This document shows positions 1 through 10,381 of a stretch of DNA of 64,000 nt, one piece after another. The notes beneath the pieces were generated by a model that did not search any database, was not told the origin of the DNA, and saw only the letters and a program-made list of their open reading frames with translations. The position numbers were made by a program, and so were the translations under genes. Each line of letters opens with the position of its first letter. Positions within the stretch are counted from its first letter, which is position 1. Origin of the DNA: a virus; IMG/VR virus record IMGVR_UViG_3300028883_000036, positions 43,656-107,655 of that record. One strand, 5' to 3'.

Positions 1-444
1 TATATTTTCACATATATTTTTTATTGATCCAAAAGTATCTTTAAGTAATTCTTCATAACTGATTATTTGAACATTATTATTATCTATATATTCTTCCCAC
101 ACTTGATAATATTTCAAAAGATATTCTATACCATATATGCTTTTTATAAATGTAGAAATATTTTTTGTAGTAGAATAATCAATTTTACTTTTATTACATT
201 TATCTCTAACTTGATAATAAAAACTAATCATTACATCTTTTGGTTCTCTATATAAAAAAAGTTTATTTAACTTTCTTCTATTTTTAAAAAATTCTTCTGG
301 TAATAAAATTTCATTATCAAATTTTCTTCTTATAGCAGCAGATCCAACATGTGACATTCTAACATCATCAATACCAATATCTGTAAAAATATTTTTTAAC
401 CAATTTCTGCCACATTTAGGATGCTCTATTATTAAAATATTCAT
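1..444 (-). CDS. Sulfotransferase domain protein (runs off the left window edge; not in ORF track)
   Basis: Manual translation from ATG at 444 is open to position 1: MNILIIEHPKCGRNWL (5'-PSB loop PKxGxxW) ... LYREPKDVMISFYY (3'-PB motif RxPxDxxxSxY) ... ISYEELLKD. Confidence 0.85.
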   Translation of the reverse strand, partial: MNILIIEHPKCGRNWLKNIFTDIGIDDVRMSHVGSAAIRRKFDNEILLPEEFFKNRRKLNKLFLYREPKDVMISFYYQVRDKCNKSKIDYSTTKNISTFIKSIYGIEYLLKYYQVWEEYIDNNNVQIISYEELLKDTFGSIKNICENI

Positions 445-1096
445 AAAGTTTATTCTCTCTTATTTTCATTCCATATTTAAATTTATCTCTTATACTCTCA
501 AGATTGCTTCTTTCACTTGGATTAGGCTTTAATATATTATTATTGATTTTATCAGTTTCTATTTTCATCAAAAAACCTAAATAAATTCCATATTCACAAT
601 GTTCTAAAATTCTATTAAAAATTTTATCATCTATATCAATCAATTTAAGAAGATTTAAAATTTCTTTATAATAAGGTCTTATATCATATTCATTAAATTC
701 CAATGGTTTTTTGGATAATATATATTCTTCAGTCTTATTCATACATTCATCTTTTTCTTCTATAGATATTTCTTCAAAATAATCTGGAAAAATAGATTTA
801 TCACTATTTCTGTTTTTCTTTATTGCTCTTATTATATTTTGATTAACAAATAAAATATCATCCAATAATATATTAGATGCTATATCTAATTTTTTAATAT
901 CTTCTTTTTTAATATCATATATAAATCTACATATATAAATTCTAAGAATAAGAATTCTCAAAACTGGACAAATATGAAGTGCTGTTGTATCACTCCCATA
1001 ATTTTTCTTCTTTTTAATTAAATCTCTCTCATGAGTTTTAAGAAAATGTTCCAACCATTCATCATCAAATTTACTTTTTATTTTTTTTTCATCCAT
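416..1096 (-). CDS. Hypothetical protein in modification cluster
   Basis: 226-aa ORF overlapping both neighbours; no recognisable motif. Confidence 0.65.
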   Translation of the reverse strand: MDEKKIKSKFDDEWLEHFLKTHERDLIKKKKNYGSDTTALHICPVLRILILRIYICRFIYDIKKEDIKKLDIASNILLDDILFVNQNIIRAIKKNRNSDKSIFPDYFEEISIEEKDECMNKTEEYILSKKPLEFNEYDIRPYYKEILNLLKLIDIDDKIFNRILEHCEYGIYLGFLMKIETDKINNNILKPNPSERSNLESIRDKFKYGMKIRENKLYEYFNNRAS

Positions 1097-1997
1097 ATGT
1101 CTTATTAGCCCTTTTCTTTTTTCTTCTTTTTATTTCATTTTCAATTATAAGTTTTGAATTTCTACCTTCAATTTTTGGTACATGTTCAAATGGTATCCAA
1201 GGTGCAAGATGCATAATATTAGTTTCTTGACATATCCCTTCTTTTCCTGGTTTTCCATTTTCTATTCTCCATTCTTCCATTCTTGCATTTTCTCCAATAT
1301 GTCTTACCCACCTATATTCACCATGCCCCCCATAAAAATATGCCCCCATATTTTTTCTTAAATATTCAACATCCTTTTTTTTATCAGGAGTTCTTATAGT
1401 ATTTGTCATTCTTGCAGGAGCAGTTCTTTTATTTTTATTTTTCATTGCTTTTAAACAAATAGGTATTGAAAAACTTGATCTCCAAATAGCAGGTATAAAA
1501 GACCATGTTGAATACTGACTTAAAGTTATTCCAGAATCTATTTCAGGAAATTTAAATTCAGTTAATTTTATATTTGATTTATATTTAGGAATTCTATGTT
1601 TAGCAAAAACTATAAGATTTATATCATCTACATTTTCCATTAATCTTAAAATTCTATCTATTTCAATAGGTCTTTCAAAAATCCAATCATCTTGTAAATT
1701 AAAAAAGAAAGGTGTTTTTACCAAATTTAAAGTATAACTTGTTGTTCCTATTAAACCTAGTGGTGGATTATGATAGTGTATATTTTCTGGTTTAAATATA
1801 TCTTTTTGATTTTCAGCCCATTTTATTACTTTTTCACTTTCTTTAGGAATTACAAAATCCTCATGTAATATAAATCTATAATCTCCATAAAAATGAGCAA
1901 ATTTTAAAAAATGGTCTATTGTATATTTTAATTGTTCCAATCTACTTGAAGCAATAACCAAAATATCCATTTTTCTTTTTTCTAATGTATATTCCAT
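1089..1997 (-). CDS. GT-A fold (GT2-like) glycosyltransferase
   Basis: ILVIASSR..L..T start, ILHED, LQDDW DxD-like motif, P.IWR, RHIG; paralog of 2004..2990. Confidence 0.75.
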   Translation of the reverse strand: MEYTLEKRKMDILVIASSRLEQLKYTIDHFLKFAHFYGDYRFILHEDFVIPKESEKVIKWAENQKDIFKPENIHYHNPPLGLIGTTSYTLNLVKTPFFFNLQDDWIFERPIEIDRILRLMENVDDINLIVFAKHRIPKYKSNIKLTEFKFPEIDSGITLSQYSTWSFIPAIWRSSFSIPICLKAMKNKNKRTAPARMTNTIRTPDKKKDVEYLRKNMGAYFYGGHGEYRWVRHIGENARMEEWRIENGKPGKEGICQETNIMHLAPWIPFEHVPKIEGRNSKLIIENEIKRRKKKRANKTYG

Positions 1998-2003
1998 ATT
2001 TCA

Positions 2004-2990
2004 TTATTTACCCTTTTTCTTATTTTTTCTTTCTATAATGTCTTGCATTATTTTGATAGAATTTCTTCCTTTAATTTTTGGAATATGTTCAAATGGTATC
2101 CATCTTGCCATATTACTTATAGCAGGATTTTCTTGAGGATTATTTTCAGTTCCAGGTTTACCGTTATTCATTCTCCAATTTTCCATTCTTGCATTTTCTC
2201 CAATATGTCTACAATATCTTGGTTCTCCCCATTGACCCCAAAAGAAAACACCCATATTTTGATATAAAAAATCCATATCATCTTTTTTATCAGCATTTCT
2301 TAAATTGAATGTTATTTTAGCAGGAGCAGTTTTTTTCATACAAGTTCTTTGATTATTTGCTCTCATTGCATCTATAATAACAGGTTTAATAAAATTTGTT
2401 CTCCATAATCCAGGCATTAATTCCCATGTATTATTTAATGTCAAATATTGAGGAAATTGAGGAAAATAATATTCTCTAAAAAAAACAGTTTTCCTTGCAT
2501 GTGGAATAGATAATTTATAAAATAATATATTATTTACTTTTGAAACATGTTCCATTATATACATAGCTTTATCTAATTCAATTGGTCTTTCAAATACCCA
2601 ATCATCCTGCATATATAAAACAAAAGGAGATTTTGCACGTTTCATTAAATTGACTAATGCTTGTTCCAAACCTACTGGTGGATTGTTGCAAATTATATCT
2701 TCTTTTTTAAAATACCCACTATTTTCAGCCCACTTAACTAATTTTTCACTTTCTTTAGGAATTACAAAATCCTCATGTAATATAAATCTAAAATTTCCAT
2801 GAAAACAAAGATATGTTTCTAAATAATGCATAGTCAATTTTAATAGTTCTGGTCTAGAAGATGAAGTAATAATTACATCACAATCTCTTATAGTATTCCA
2901 ATCAGTAAGTTTTAAATTATCCATTGTTTTTCTATTTGCAGGTTTTCCTGAAATATTTTTTCTTCTTTCTCTAGGCATCCAATCTTTCAT
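2004..2990 (-). CDS. GT-A fold (GT2-like) glycosyltransferase
   Basis: VIITSSSRPELLKLT, ILHED, MQDDW, PGLWR, RHIG; start moved to ATG 2990 (ATGA overlap with upstream gene). Confidence 0.75.
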   Translation of the reverse strand: MKDWMPRERRKNISGKPANRKTMDNLKLTDWNTIRDCDVIITSSSRPELLKLTMHYLETYLCFHGNFRFILHEDFVIPKESEKLVKWAENSGYFKKEDIICNNPPVGLEQALVNLMKRAKSPFVLYMQDDWVFERPIELDKAMYIMEHVSKVNNILFYKLSIPHARKTVFFREYYFPQFPQYLTLNNTWELMPGLWRTNFIKPVIIDAMRANNQRTCMKKTAPAKITFNLRNADKKDDMDFLYQNMGVFFWGQWGEPRYCRHIGENARMENWRMNNGKPGTENNPQENPAISNMARWIPFEHIPKIKGRNSIKIMQDIIERKNKKKGK

Positions 2991-3592
2991 TTTACCCCCC
3001 ATATTTCTCTTATTATTTGAAAAGTTTCTGCATATTCATTTCCTATTTGTTGACCTCTAAAACAATTTAATTTTAAAGAAGTTTCTATATCTTGTTTTTT
3101 TAAATAAGGAACATATCTATTCAAACATTCTACTTTTTCTTCTATATCATCAAATACAATATATCTATTAGGATTAAAATCTGTAATAAGATATGATATA
3201 TTAAATGGATGTTCAGCTATTAATATAGAAGATTCATTATTTCTTCTTAATGCAGAAATACAAGCCTTATTTGCTATATAATGATCTTGATGAAAAGATA
3301 AGGATGGTATTATTATTTCATCATATCCATTTATTTTATCATCATAATAAGAAACTATATCTTTCATTTTAAGAGTATCCATTATAGAATCATATCCCAT
3401 AAAAGCTATATCATAAGTAAATTTCATTTCCTTTGATAAATCATTTACTAAATACATTCTATCATCATTATCATTTATTGCTTGATATATTATATGAAGT
3501 GATATTTTTTGTTTTTTGGAAAGTAGAAGATATGTCCAAGATGATAATATTTCATCATCAGCATGTGGGGATACAATTAAAACTTTTTTCAT
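2987..3592 (-). CDS. PIG-L/LmbE family N-deacetylase
   Basis: VLIVSPHADDE and HQDH metal-binding motifs; C-terminal YAETF. Confidence 0.88.
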   Translation of the reverse strand: MKKVLIVSPHADDEILSSWTYLLLSKKQKISLHIIYQAINDNDDRMYLVNDLSKEMKFTYDIAFMGYDSIMDTLKMKDIVSYYDDKINGYDEIIIPSLSFHQDHYIANKACISALRRNNESSILIAEHPFNISYLITDFNPNRYIVFDDIEEKVECLNRYVPYLKKQDIETSLKLNCFRGQQIGNEYAETFQIIREIWGVK

Positions 3593-4185
3593 AACAAAAT
3601 TTTATCTATAACAGATAATGGTTCAGGTTCACTATATTTTTGAAAAATTACTTTAAATGGATATTTATCTAAATCCATGTAATTTTTTCCACCAGCACCA
3701 GCAATATAGATTTCTCCTTTCAATTTTTTTACTATTTCTATAATTCTATCATCTGGATTTTCAGCATTAATATCTATTTCAGACGCTTTAACAAAAATAG
3801 AATTAAATCCTAAAATATTAGCTATAATTTTTGATAATTCACAATTTAATTCTAATAATTTTTTATGTTCCTTTTCTAGTACTTTTTTTATACGTTTCCA
3901 GTTACTATTATTTTTACATTTATAGTTCTGTTCTATAGTATTTATATGTTTTTTTACCCATTTATTACCATTAATCTCTATATCTAAAATTTTTTGTCCT
4001 AATTTATGTCTTACTGGAACAGTCAACCATTTTATTCCTTGATTTGTTCTTATCTTATTTCTATTCTGCCATCCATTTTTTTCATACTGAACATTATCAA
4101 GAAACACAAATATATCAGATTTGTCTATCTTATCGAAATATCCACCCCAAGGAAGATATTGTGGTTGATGTATTGAAATTATCAT
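3589..4185 (-). CDS. WbqC-family protein
   Basis: IHQPQYLPWGGYFDKI..SDIFVFLDNVQY..NGWQNRNKI..WLTVPV and YIAGAGGKNY are typical of WbqC. Confidence 0.9.
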   Translation of the reverse strand: MIISIHQPQYLPWGGYFDKIDKSDIFVFLDNVQYEKNGWQNRNKIRTNQGIKWLTVPVRHKLGQKILDIEINGNKWVKKHINTIEQNYKCKNNSNWKRIKKVLEKEHKKLLELNCELSKIIANILGFNSIFVKASEIDINAENPDDRIIEIVKKLKGEIYIAGAGGKNYMDLDKYPFKVIFQKYSEPEPLSVIDKILL

Positions 4186-4733
4186 TTTTCTAAAATCGTA
4201 AGTCCATTGTTGTTTTTATAATGTTTTTTTATTTTCCATTCAGTAGAAGAAACAAATTCATTAACTGCTTGCATAAGTCCTGGTTCAGATTTGTCTTCTC
4301 CAATATTACCATATGTTTCCGTATCATGTAAAATAATATATTTTTTTACTTTATTATTAAATAATTCTAATTCTTTTTTTAATTGCTTATATACATGAAA
4401 AGTATCAATAAATAAAATATCAGTTTCATCTATATCAATAGTTAAAACATCAGCTTGTATAAATTTAAAATCAATATTATTTTTATCTGCCCATTCTTTA
4501 AAAATAGGTAAATAAATTTTAAGTCTAGGCAAAATTTTTATATCATAACAAGTAAATTTCTTAGGACAACTCAATAACCATGCAGTAGTTGATTCACCCC
4601 ATCTAACACCAAATTCTGTAACAGTTAATCCCTTACCATATTTTATAAGAGTAGGTAAATGTTCTCTTATATCTGAATTATTCTTTCCTAAAAATTGATT
4701 ATATAATTTTTTAATATTCATATCCATACCCAT
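4182..4733 (-). CDS. Class I SAM-dependent methyltransferase (Methyltransf_24-like)
   Basis: SDIREHLPTL..EFGVRWGEST, DILFIDTFH.Y.QL..EL, IILHDT, NNNGLTIL. Confidence 0.85.
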   Translation of the reverse strand: MGMDMNIKKLYNQFLGKNNSDIREHLPTLIKYGKGLTVTEFGVRWGESTTAWLLSCPKKFTCYDIKILPRLKIYLPIFKEWADKNNIDFKFIQADVLTIDIDETDILFIDTFHVYKQLKKELELFNNKVKKYIILHDTETYGNIGEDKSEPGLMQAVNEFVSSTEWKIKKHYKNNNGLTILEK

Positions 4734-4778
4734 ATCCTCTAAAAATTTTAGAATTTTTAATTATTCTATTTACTCTAT

Positions 4779-5327
4779 CTATACAACTGTTTTCCCATTT
4801 AATTTGATATCTTCTTTCTGGCTTACATGTTTTTTTATAAACCCCTTCATATTCTTACTACATAAAAGTTCTATATTTTTTTCAATTTTATTCTTGCTCC
4901 AATTCCACCATTTTATTTTTAACAATTTATCTATTATATCTTCATCAAATCGTTTTTTTATTAATTTTGCTGGATTCCCACCTACTATGGAATATGGTTC
5001 AATATCTTTTGTTACTACCGTTTTTGCAGCTATTACAGAACCATCACTTATCTTAACTCCACCCATTATTGTTACACCATGCCCTATCCATACATCATTT
5101 CCAATTATAACATCACCCATACTTTTAGGATGCCCTTTAGGAAAATTATTACAATTCTTCCAAGATTTTTTAAATTCAGAAAATGGGTAAGTAGTTATCC
5201 AATTATAATTATGGCCTATATTTACAACTTGTATATCAGCTATTGAACAAAATTTTCCAATTATTATTTTTCCTGCACCATCTTCATTTATTTTTACAGC
5301 ATATGAATATTCACCCATTTTAATCAT
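4779..5327 (-). CDS. Hexapeptide-repeat O-acetyltransferase (CatB/Vat, LbH_XAT family)
   Basis: IGKFCSIA, TTYPF, IGNDVWIG, VVTKDIEPYSIVGGNPAKLIKKRF, KWWNW. Confidence 0.9.
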   Translation of the reverse strand: MIKMGEYSYAVKINEDGAGKIIIGKFCSIADIQVVNIGHNYNWITTYPFSEFKKSWKNCNNFPKGHPKSMGDVIIGNDVWIGHGVTIMGGVKISDGSVIAAKTVVTKDIEPYSIVGGNPAKLIKKRFDEDIIDKLLKIKWWNWSKNKIEKNIELLCSKNMKGFIKKHVSQKEDIKLNGKTVV

Positions 5328-6082
5328 AATATTCTCCTTTTTACTAATTCATTTAGAAATATTTCTTTAAATGTAGTCTTCATAATAGATTCTTTAATAT
5401 ACATTCCAAATTCTTTTCTTTTTTTGTTATCTCTCCATTCATCTATAACATCTAAAAAATTGTCTTGTGTATATTCTATTATATAAGGAGAATGAAATCC
5501 ATATCCAATAGTTTTTTCTTGAAACATAACCTTACCCTTACAAAAAATTAATGCCCCCCTTAAAGGTGTATATTTCCATGAATTACTATTTAGTATATTA
5601 ATATTAAATTTAGTTCTTTTAATTATTTTGTCTCTTTCTTCACCAAAAATCTTAAAATTATCAATGTTATATTTTTTTAATATATTCTTCCTTCTATTTT
5701 TAACATCAGTAACTCCACCACAAAAAAAGAAATTAATATCTTCTTCTAATTCATCACCAAAATAATCAAAATATTTAGAATATCCTATAGGTAAATATAT
5801 ATTATTATTTTCGAAAAAATCTAAAACTAAATCATATGAATCAGACCATACACTTGGTTGTTCTGTTTGAACAAGAATATTATATCCTCTTGATAATTTA
5901 TCATATGCAAATCTTCCATGAACAATAATATTAATATTATTAGATAATGGTAATCTCTTTGTTTTTAATGCTACCCAATGTGTTTCATATTCACATATTT
6001 CTGCTATACTATCTTCTATTGATTTTACTAATTCAATAAAAGTTTTTCTTCCTCCTGTGCATATTATGTTTACTTTTTTCAT
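5324..6082 (-). CDS. Putative GT-B glycosyltransferase
   Basis: LPIGYS, DINFFFCGG..RRKNIL, FGEERDKIIKRTKFNINI resemble a GT-B donor-binding C-terminal domain. Confidence 0.55.
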   Translation of the reverse strand: MKKVNIICTGGRKTFIELVKSIEDSIAEICEYETHWVALKTKRLPLSNNINIIVHGRFAYDKLSRGYNILVQTEQPSVWSDSYDLVLDFFENNNIYLPIGYSKYFDYFGDELEEDINFFFCGGVTDVKNRRKNILKKYNIDNFKIFGEERDKIIKRTKFNINILNSNSWKYTPLRGALIFCKGKVMFQEKTIGYGFHSPYIIEYTQDNFLDVIDEWRDNKKRKEFGMYIKESIMKTTFKEIFLNELVKRRIL

Positions 6083-6083
6083 A

Positions 6084-6668
6084 TTAATGATTTTTCTTAA
6101 ATATTTCTACTGCTTCAATTATTTTATTCATTTTTTTATCTTTTTCCCATTTACCATGATCCCCTTCAAATGGATATTTTTTCTTATATTCATCTAATTT
6201 TTTACATATTCTAAACGCCATATGATAAGCATTTTTTAGTTTACTCATAAAAGGCTCTAATTCCTCACATTCAAAATATTTTGCTATTTTATATACTTCA
6301 GCATAATATTTTACTAATTCATATCTTTTATAATTATTATCTGGTTCTTTAAAAAAATTATCTTCAATTATAGGTTCATATTTATATTCAGGTAATTTCT
6401 TTACTTCTTCTAAAAATTCTTCGATATAATCTTTATCATTTTCAAAAAATTCTTTCTGATTATTGTATGTAGGATCATCAAGTTTCTTAAAATCTTCAAG
6501 TTTACTAGTAGCATATTTTCCAAGAGGATTACATAACTGTAAATTCAAATATATATTTTTTATAAGTTTTTTTTCATAGTCTGAAAATGTTCTTTTTTCT
6601 TCCCATTTTTTAAATTCTTTATATGTATAAACTAATGCAAGACATATATTATTATTTCTATTGTACAT
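6084..6668 (-). CDS. Hypothetical protein
   Basis: 194-aa ORF in operon; no motif recognised. Confidence 0.65.
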   Translation of the reverse strand: MYNRNNNICLALVYTYKEFKKWEEKRTFSDYEKKLIKNIYLNLQLCNPLGKYATSKLEDFKKLDDPTYNNQKEFFENDKDYIEEFLEEVKKLPEYKYEPIIEDNFFKEPDNNYKRYELVKYYAEVYKIAKYFECEELEPFMSKLKNAYHMAFRICKKLDEYKKKYPFEGDHGKWEKDKKMNKIIEAVEIFKKNH

Positions 6669-7707
6669 TTAGAACCTCTTTGAATATTTTTCTTTCGCTT
6701 TCAGTTACCTTCTTCCAAGTCCAATTTTCTAATATGGTTTTTCTAGCATTCATACCCATTTCAAAACATTTTTGTTTATCATTTTTAAAATTCTGTATAA
6801 AATTTACAAATTTATTTATTTTAGTACCATTATCCTTATGTATAATAAATCCATTGTAATTATTTTTTATAAATTCAGGCATATTACCTATATGATTTGA
6901 TATAATTGGTTTTCCACATGCAGCAGCTTCTAGAGCAGGATTTGGTGTTCCATCAATTGTAGAAGCAACAATATAAAAATCAGCTTGATTATAAAATTCT
7001 CTCATTTTATTAGGAGAAAGAGCATTTGTATAATTTCTATCATTTATAATAAGTTTCACACCTGCTTCTCTACATGCTGGTATAATAATATCCTTTAATC
7101 CCTTTTCTTTTATAGGTTTACCAACATATGCGGCAACCAATTGTTCATTATCTCTTTTTGGTTTGCTTGACATTGGATAAAATATATTTTCATCTACTCC
7201 TCTAGTAGCACAAAAAGTTTTTCCATTATAGTGTTTTTTTAAATCTTCTAATGATAATAAATTATTTGCCCCTATTGCTTCACATCCTTTTGAAAATTTA
7301 TGAAAATTTGTTTTATTTTGAAATATAGGTTTTACAGTAGGAAATCCAGTAACAATAGTTATTATTTTCACATTACCCATCAATCTTTTTACATTCTTTT
7401 TAACTAACATAGTATGAAAAAGAAGATATATAAGATCATATTTTTTTATATTCTGTTTTTGAGAATTAACATAGTTTCTAAATTTATTAAAAAGAAAAAC
7501 TTCCTTATCATTGTTTATTTGTGTAAATTTTTTAACATCATTTACTGTAAAAACATCACTTAGTTTTCTTTCAATCATATCAAATCCTTCATTATCTACT
7601 AAATCAAAATCAAATTCATTAGATAAATATTTTTTGATATATTGTCCACGGACCCATCCCCCCCATCCTTTAACATCTGAAACCAATAAAATCTTTTTTT
7701 TATTCAT
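6658..7707 (-). CDS. GT4-family glycosyltransferase
   Basis: GVDENIFYP, YVGK..KEKG, FYNQAD..IVAS.IDGTPNPALEAAACGKPIIS..GNMPEFI. Confidence 0.9.
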   Translation of the reverse strand: MNKKKILLVSDVKGWGGWVRGQYIKKYLSNEFDFDLVDNEGFDMIERKLSDVFTVNDVKKFTQINNDKEVFLFNKFRNYVNSQKQNIKKYDLIYLLFHTMLVKKNVKRLMGNVKIITIVTGFPTVKPIFQNKTNFHKFSKGCEAIGANNLLSLEDLKKHYNGKTFCATRGVDENIFYPMSSKPKRDNEQLVAAYVGKPIKEKGLKDIIIPACREAGVKLIINDRNYTNALSPNKMREFYNQADFYIVASTIDGTPNPALEAAACGKPIISNHIGNMPEFIKNNYNGFIIHKDNGTKINKFVNFIQNFKNDKQKCFEMGMNARKTILENWTWKKVTESERKIFKEVLNVQ

Positions 7708-7969
7708 TAATATCCCTATATTTTACCCCGCCATTTACCATAGCTCTAACTAAAATAGTAGCCATTTTTCTTAAATCATGTAAACAAATTTCAGGAACAT
7801 CAATATCTTTTTCATTATCATTTTCTTGATAATTTTTTCTAAATTTATTTAAATATTCTTCTAATAAAATTATTTCTCCCGTAACTGACAATTTTTTTGA
7901 ATTAGGCCATTTTTTATCTTGATATTCTCTTTCTTCTGCTATTGCTTCTAATGCATGTTGTATATCCAT
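7700..7969 (-). CDS. Small all-alpha phage protein, possibly MazG-like
   Basis: AIAEEREYQDKKW ... LRKMATILVRAM pattern; GGAG RBS. Confidence 0.45.
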   Translation of the reverse strand: MDIQHALEAIAEEREYQDKKWPNSKKLSVTGEIILLEEYLNKFRKNYQENDNEKDIDVPEICLHDLRKMATILVRAMVNGGVKYRDINE

Positions 7970-7983
7970 TATATCTCCTTTTT

Positions 7984-8916
7984 TTACATTTGATTTAAAA
8001 TTGTTAAAACATTTTTAATTCTAATTTTACTTGAATGCATTTGTTGTATATAATTAAATGCATTTTCTCTCATTTTAGAAGTATCTTTATTCTTCCATTC
8101 ATTCCATAATTTTTTAACTTGATTTGGATTATTATAACTATTGAAAGGAACATATAAATCATCTGGAATAAAATCATCCATTCCATTGAACTTCCTCATA
8201 ATCATAAATGCTCCTGTTCCAAGATATTGAAAAGGTCTAACATCCATATAACCAGGAATTTCATAACCAACACATAAACCTAAAATACATTTAGCTGAAA
8301 CACTTAATTCTGGTGTTCTTTTTCTTAAATCTTGTCCTGATTGAGTCTTAAATATTTTTATAGGCATTATTTTTTGAAGGGATTCTATGAATTCTGCTCT
8401 ATTATCTGCCCATCCTTGTCTATGAGCACCAGGACTACCAGTAAATACAGGTATATTAAAGGCCAAATCAGAAGCAGGAGCAGACATTTTATCATAAGTA
8501 ATAGATGAGTATGGACAAAAGAAAACAGGTATTTTAAAAGCACTCTGACAGTTTTTAACCATTGGATATGATCCTACCAAAGCAAGATCAAATACCCCTC
8601 TTAAATCTCCCATATATCTATCATGGGTTCTAGCATCTGAGCATGTATGGATAATTTTTGTATCAATATTATTTTTTATATCTTTAAAAAATTGCAATAC
8701 TGTATTTACTGGATGAATATGAGAATGAAAACTCAAATGAGTAAATATAAAATCAGGATTATAATCTAATATTCTTTTTTTAATGATATTTAATGTATTT
8801 GATTTATAATCAATCTCAAGAACATCAACATTATTCAATTTTAATCCTTGTTTAAATGTTAAAACAAACCAACTATATCCTAATTTGGTATTACCTAATA
8901 TAACTGCTTTTTTCAT
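7984..8916 (-). CDS. GT-B glycosyltransferase (CgeB/Glyco_trans_1_2-like)
   Basis: NPDFIF, PVFTGS..RAEFI..L, AKCILG, YMDVRPFQYLGTGAF, ENAFNYIQQMHS...RI. Confidence 0.75.
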   Translation of the reverse strand: MKKAVILGNTKLGYSWFVLTFKQGLKLNNVDVLEIDYKSNTLNIIKKRILDYNPDFIFTHLSFHSHIHPVNTVLQFFKDIKNNIDTKIIHTCSDARTHDRYMGDLRGVFDLALVGSYPMVKNCQSAFKIPVFFCPYSSITYDKMSAPASDLAFNIPVFTGSPGAHRQGWADNRAEFIESLQKIMPIKIFKTQSGQDLRKRTPELSVSAKCILGLCVGYEIPGYMDVRPFQYLGTGAFMIMRKFNGMDDFIPDDLYVPFNSYNNPNQVKKLWNEWKNKDTSKMRENAFNYIQQMHSSKIRIKNVLTILNQM

Positions 8917-8925
8917 ATTATTCTC

Positions 8926-9126
8926 CTAATCATTATACATATACAAAGAACAATCATCATTATCTCTTGGATCATATTCTTCCCAATCATTTGCATTTAT
9001 CCATTCTTTAGGAACTCTACTAATAATTGATTCTGTATGATTTTTCCAAAATTTTACTTTTGGATAAGATGTTCTTCTTACAGCAGATCTAACATGACAC
9101 CATTCAATAGCTTCATTTAATTTCAT
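8926..9126 (-). CDS. Small protein, DUF2829 (Tad2)-like pattern
   Basis: MKLNEAIE..VRR.SY ... INANDWEEY resembles MxFxEAl..VxRxxW...ilAxDWe. Confidence 0.4.
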   Translation of the reverse strand: MKLNEAIEWCHVRSAVRRTSYPKVKFWKNHTESIISRVPKEWINANDWEEYDPRDNDDCSLYMYND

Positions 9127-9136
9127 AAAATTTTCC

Positions 9137-10381
9137 TTATTTATTCATTCCAAATATAGATCTAAACATTTTTCTATAATTTTCAGATTGAATTTTCCAA
9201 GTCCATCCTTCTTCTATAGTTTTTCTTGCATTATTTCCCATTCTAATTAATTCATTTCTATTCTGTTGAAAATATCTTATTTTATCAACATATGCTCCAA
9301 TTTTTCTTGGAACAAGAAATCCATTATAACCATCTATAATAAATTCAGGCATATTACCTATATGATTTGATATAATCGGCCTACCACATGCAGCAGCTTC
9401 TAGAGCAGGATTTGGTGTTCCATCTTCAATTGATGCAACTACAAAACAGTCCATTTGATTATATATTTGAGGCATTTGATCATGAGGTAATCTATCTTTC
9501 CAAGTTCTTAAATTGGTAATACTTTGAACATTAGCAGTTTTAATAGCAGGTATTATAAATTCTTTTTGTCCTTTTACTGGACATTCTTTTCCAACATGAC
9601 CAACTACTAATTTACCATCTTCTTTAATAGGAGTAATGGGTTTAAAAAGTTCTTCATTTACTCCATTTGGTATATAATGAGCTTTTTCAAATCCCATATC
9701 TTGTAGCTCTTTTAATAACATTATACTATTTGCATGGTGATGCCCTGCCATTTTCATTTTTGGAAAAATTACATTTCTTCTTCTATGTGCTGTTATTCCT
9801 GTTATTTTTTTTCTTTTAGGAACTCTTGATAAAAAATTAATATAAGAAAATCCATATGTAAAATAAAGATCATATTTTTTTTGATTAATTTGACTAGTTT
9901 TTACACATCCTTCACCTAATACGCATGTTATATCAATATCAAATTCATCAGATAAATATTTTTTTAAATATTGAGATTTTATCCACCATGCCCATCCTTT
10001 AACATCTGAAATAAATAATATTTTAGGTTTTCTATTAGAGTCAACTTTTATTGATTCTATTTTATTAAGTTCAGCTTTTTGTTGTTTATTAGGTTTAGCT
10101 TTTTGTTGTTTATTACCAACTCCTTTTCCTAATATTTTCTTATCTTTTAATTTTGGATTAACTTTAAATATTTCATCTAGTTTTTTCTTTATAAGATTTT
10201 TTTGATGCATTGCTTTATTAGTTGTTGCTTTTGCCTCTTGATTTTTTATTTTATTTATTTCTCTTTTTAAAGAACTTAATTTCACCTCATTCATTTTATG
10301 GATATTTTTTATATCTTCATCACTATATTTAAAATATTTCTGAACATCTTCTATCAATTGTCTAAGTTCTATATTATTCAT
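9137..10381 (-). CDS. GT4-family glycosyltransferase with basic N-terminal coiled-coil extension
   Basis: IPNGVNEELFKP, VGHVGK, IYNQMD..ASIEDGTPNPALEAAACGRPIIS; paralog of 6658..7707; start at ATGA overlap. Confidence 0.9.
   Translation of the reverse strand: MNNIELRQLIEDVQKYFKYSDEDIKNIHKMNEVKLSSLKREINKIKNQEAKATTNKAMHQKNLIKKKLDEIFKVNPKLKDKKILGKGVGNKQQKAKPNKQQKAELNKIESIKVDSNRKPKILFISDVKGWAWWIKSQYLKKYLSDEFDIDITCVLGEGCVKTSQINQKKYDLYFTYGFSYINFLSRVPKRKKITGITAHRRRNVIFPKMKMAGHHHANSIMLLKELQDMGFEKAHYIPNGVNEELFKPITPIKEDGKLVVGHVGKECPVKGQKEFIIPAIKTANVQSITNLRTWKDRLPHDQMPQIYNQMDCFVVASIEDGTPNPALEAAACGRPIISNHIGNMPEFIIDGYNGFLVPRKIGAYVDKIRYFQQNRNELIRMGNNARKTIEEGWTWKIQSENYRKMFRSIFGMNK

Noticed and set aside
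4779-5327. Antibiotic-resistance gene (catB/vat)
   Set aside because: The fold matches, but the glycan-cluster context makes sugar O-acetylation the simpler reading.
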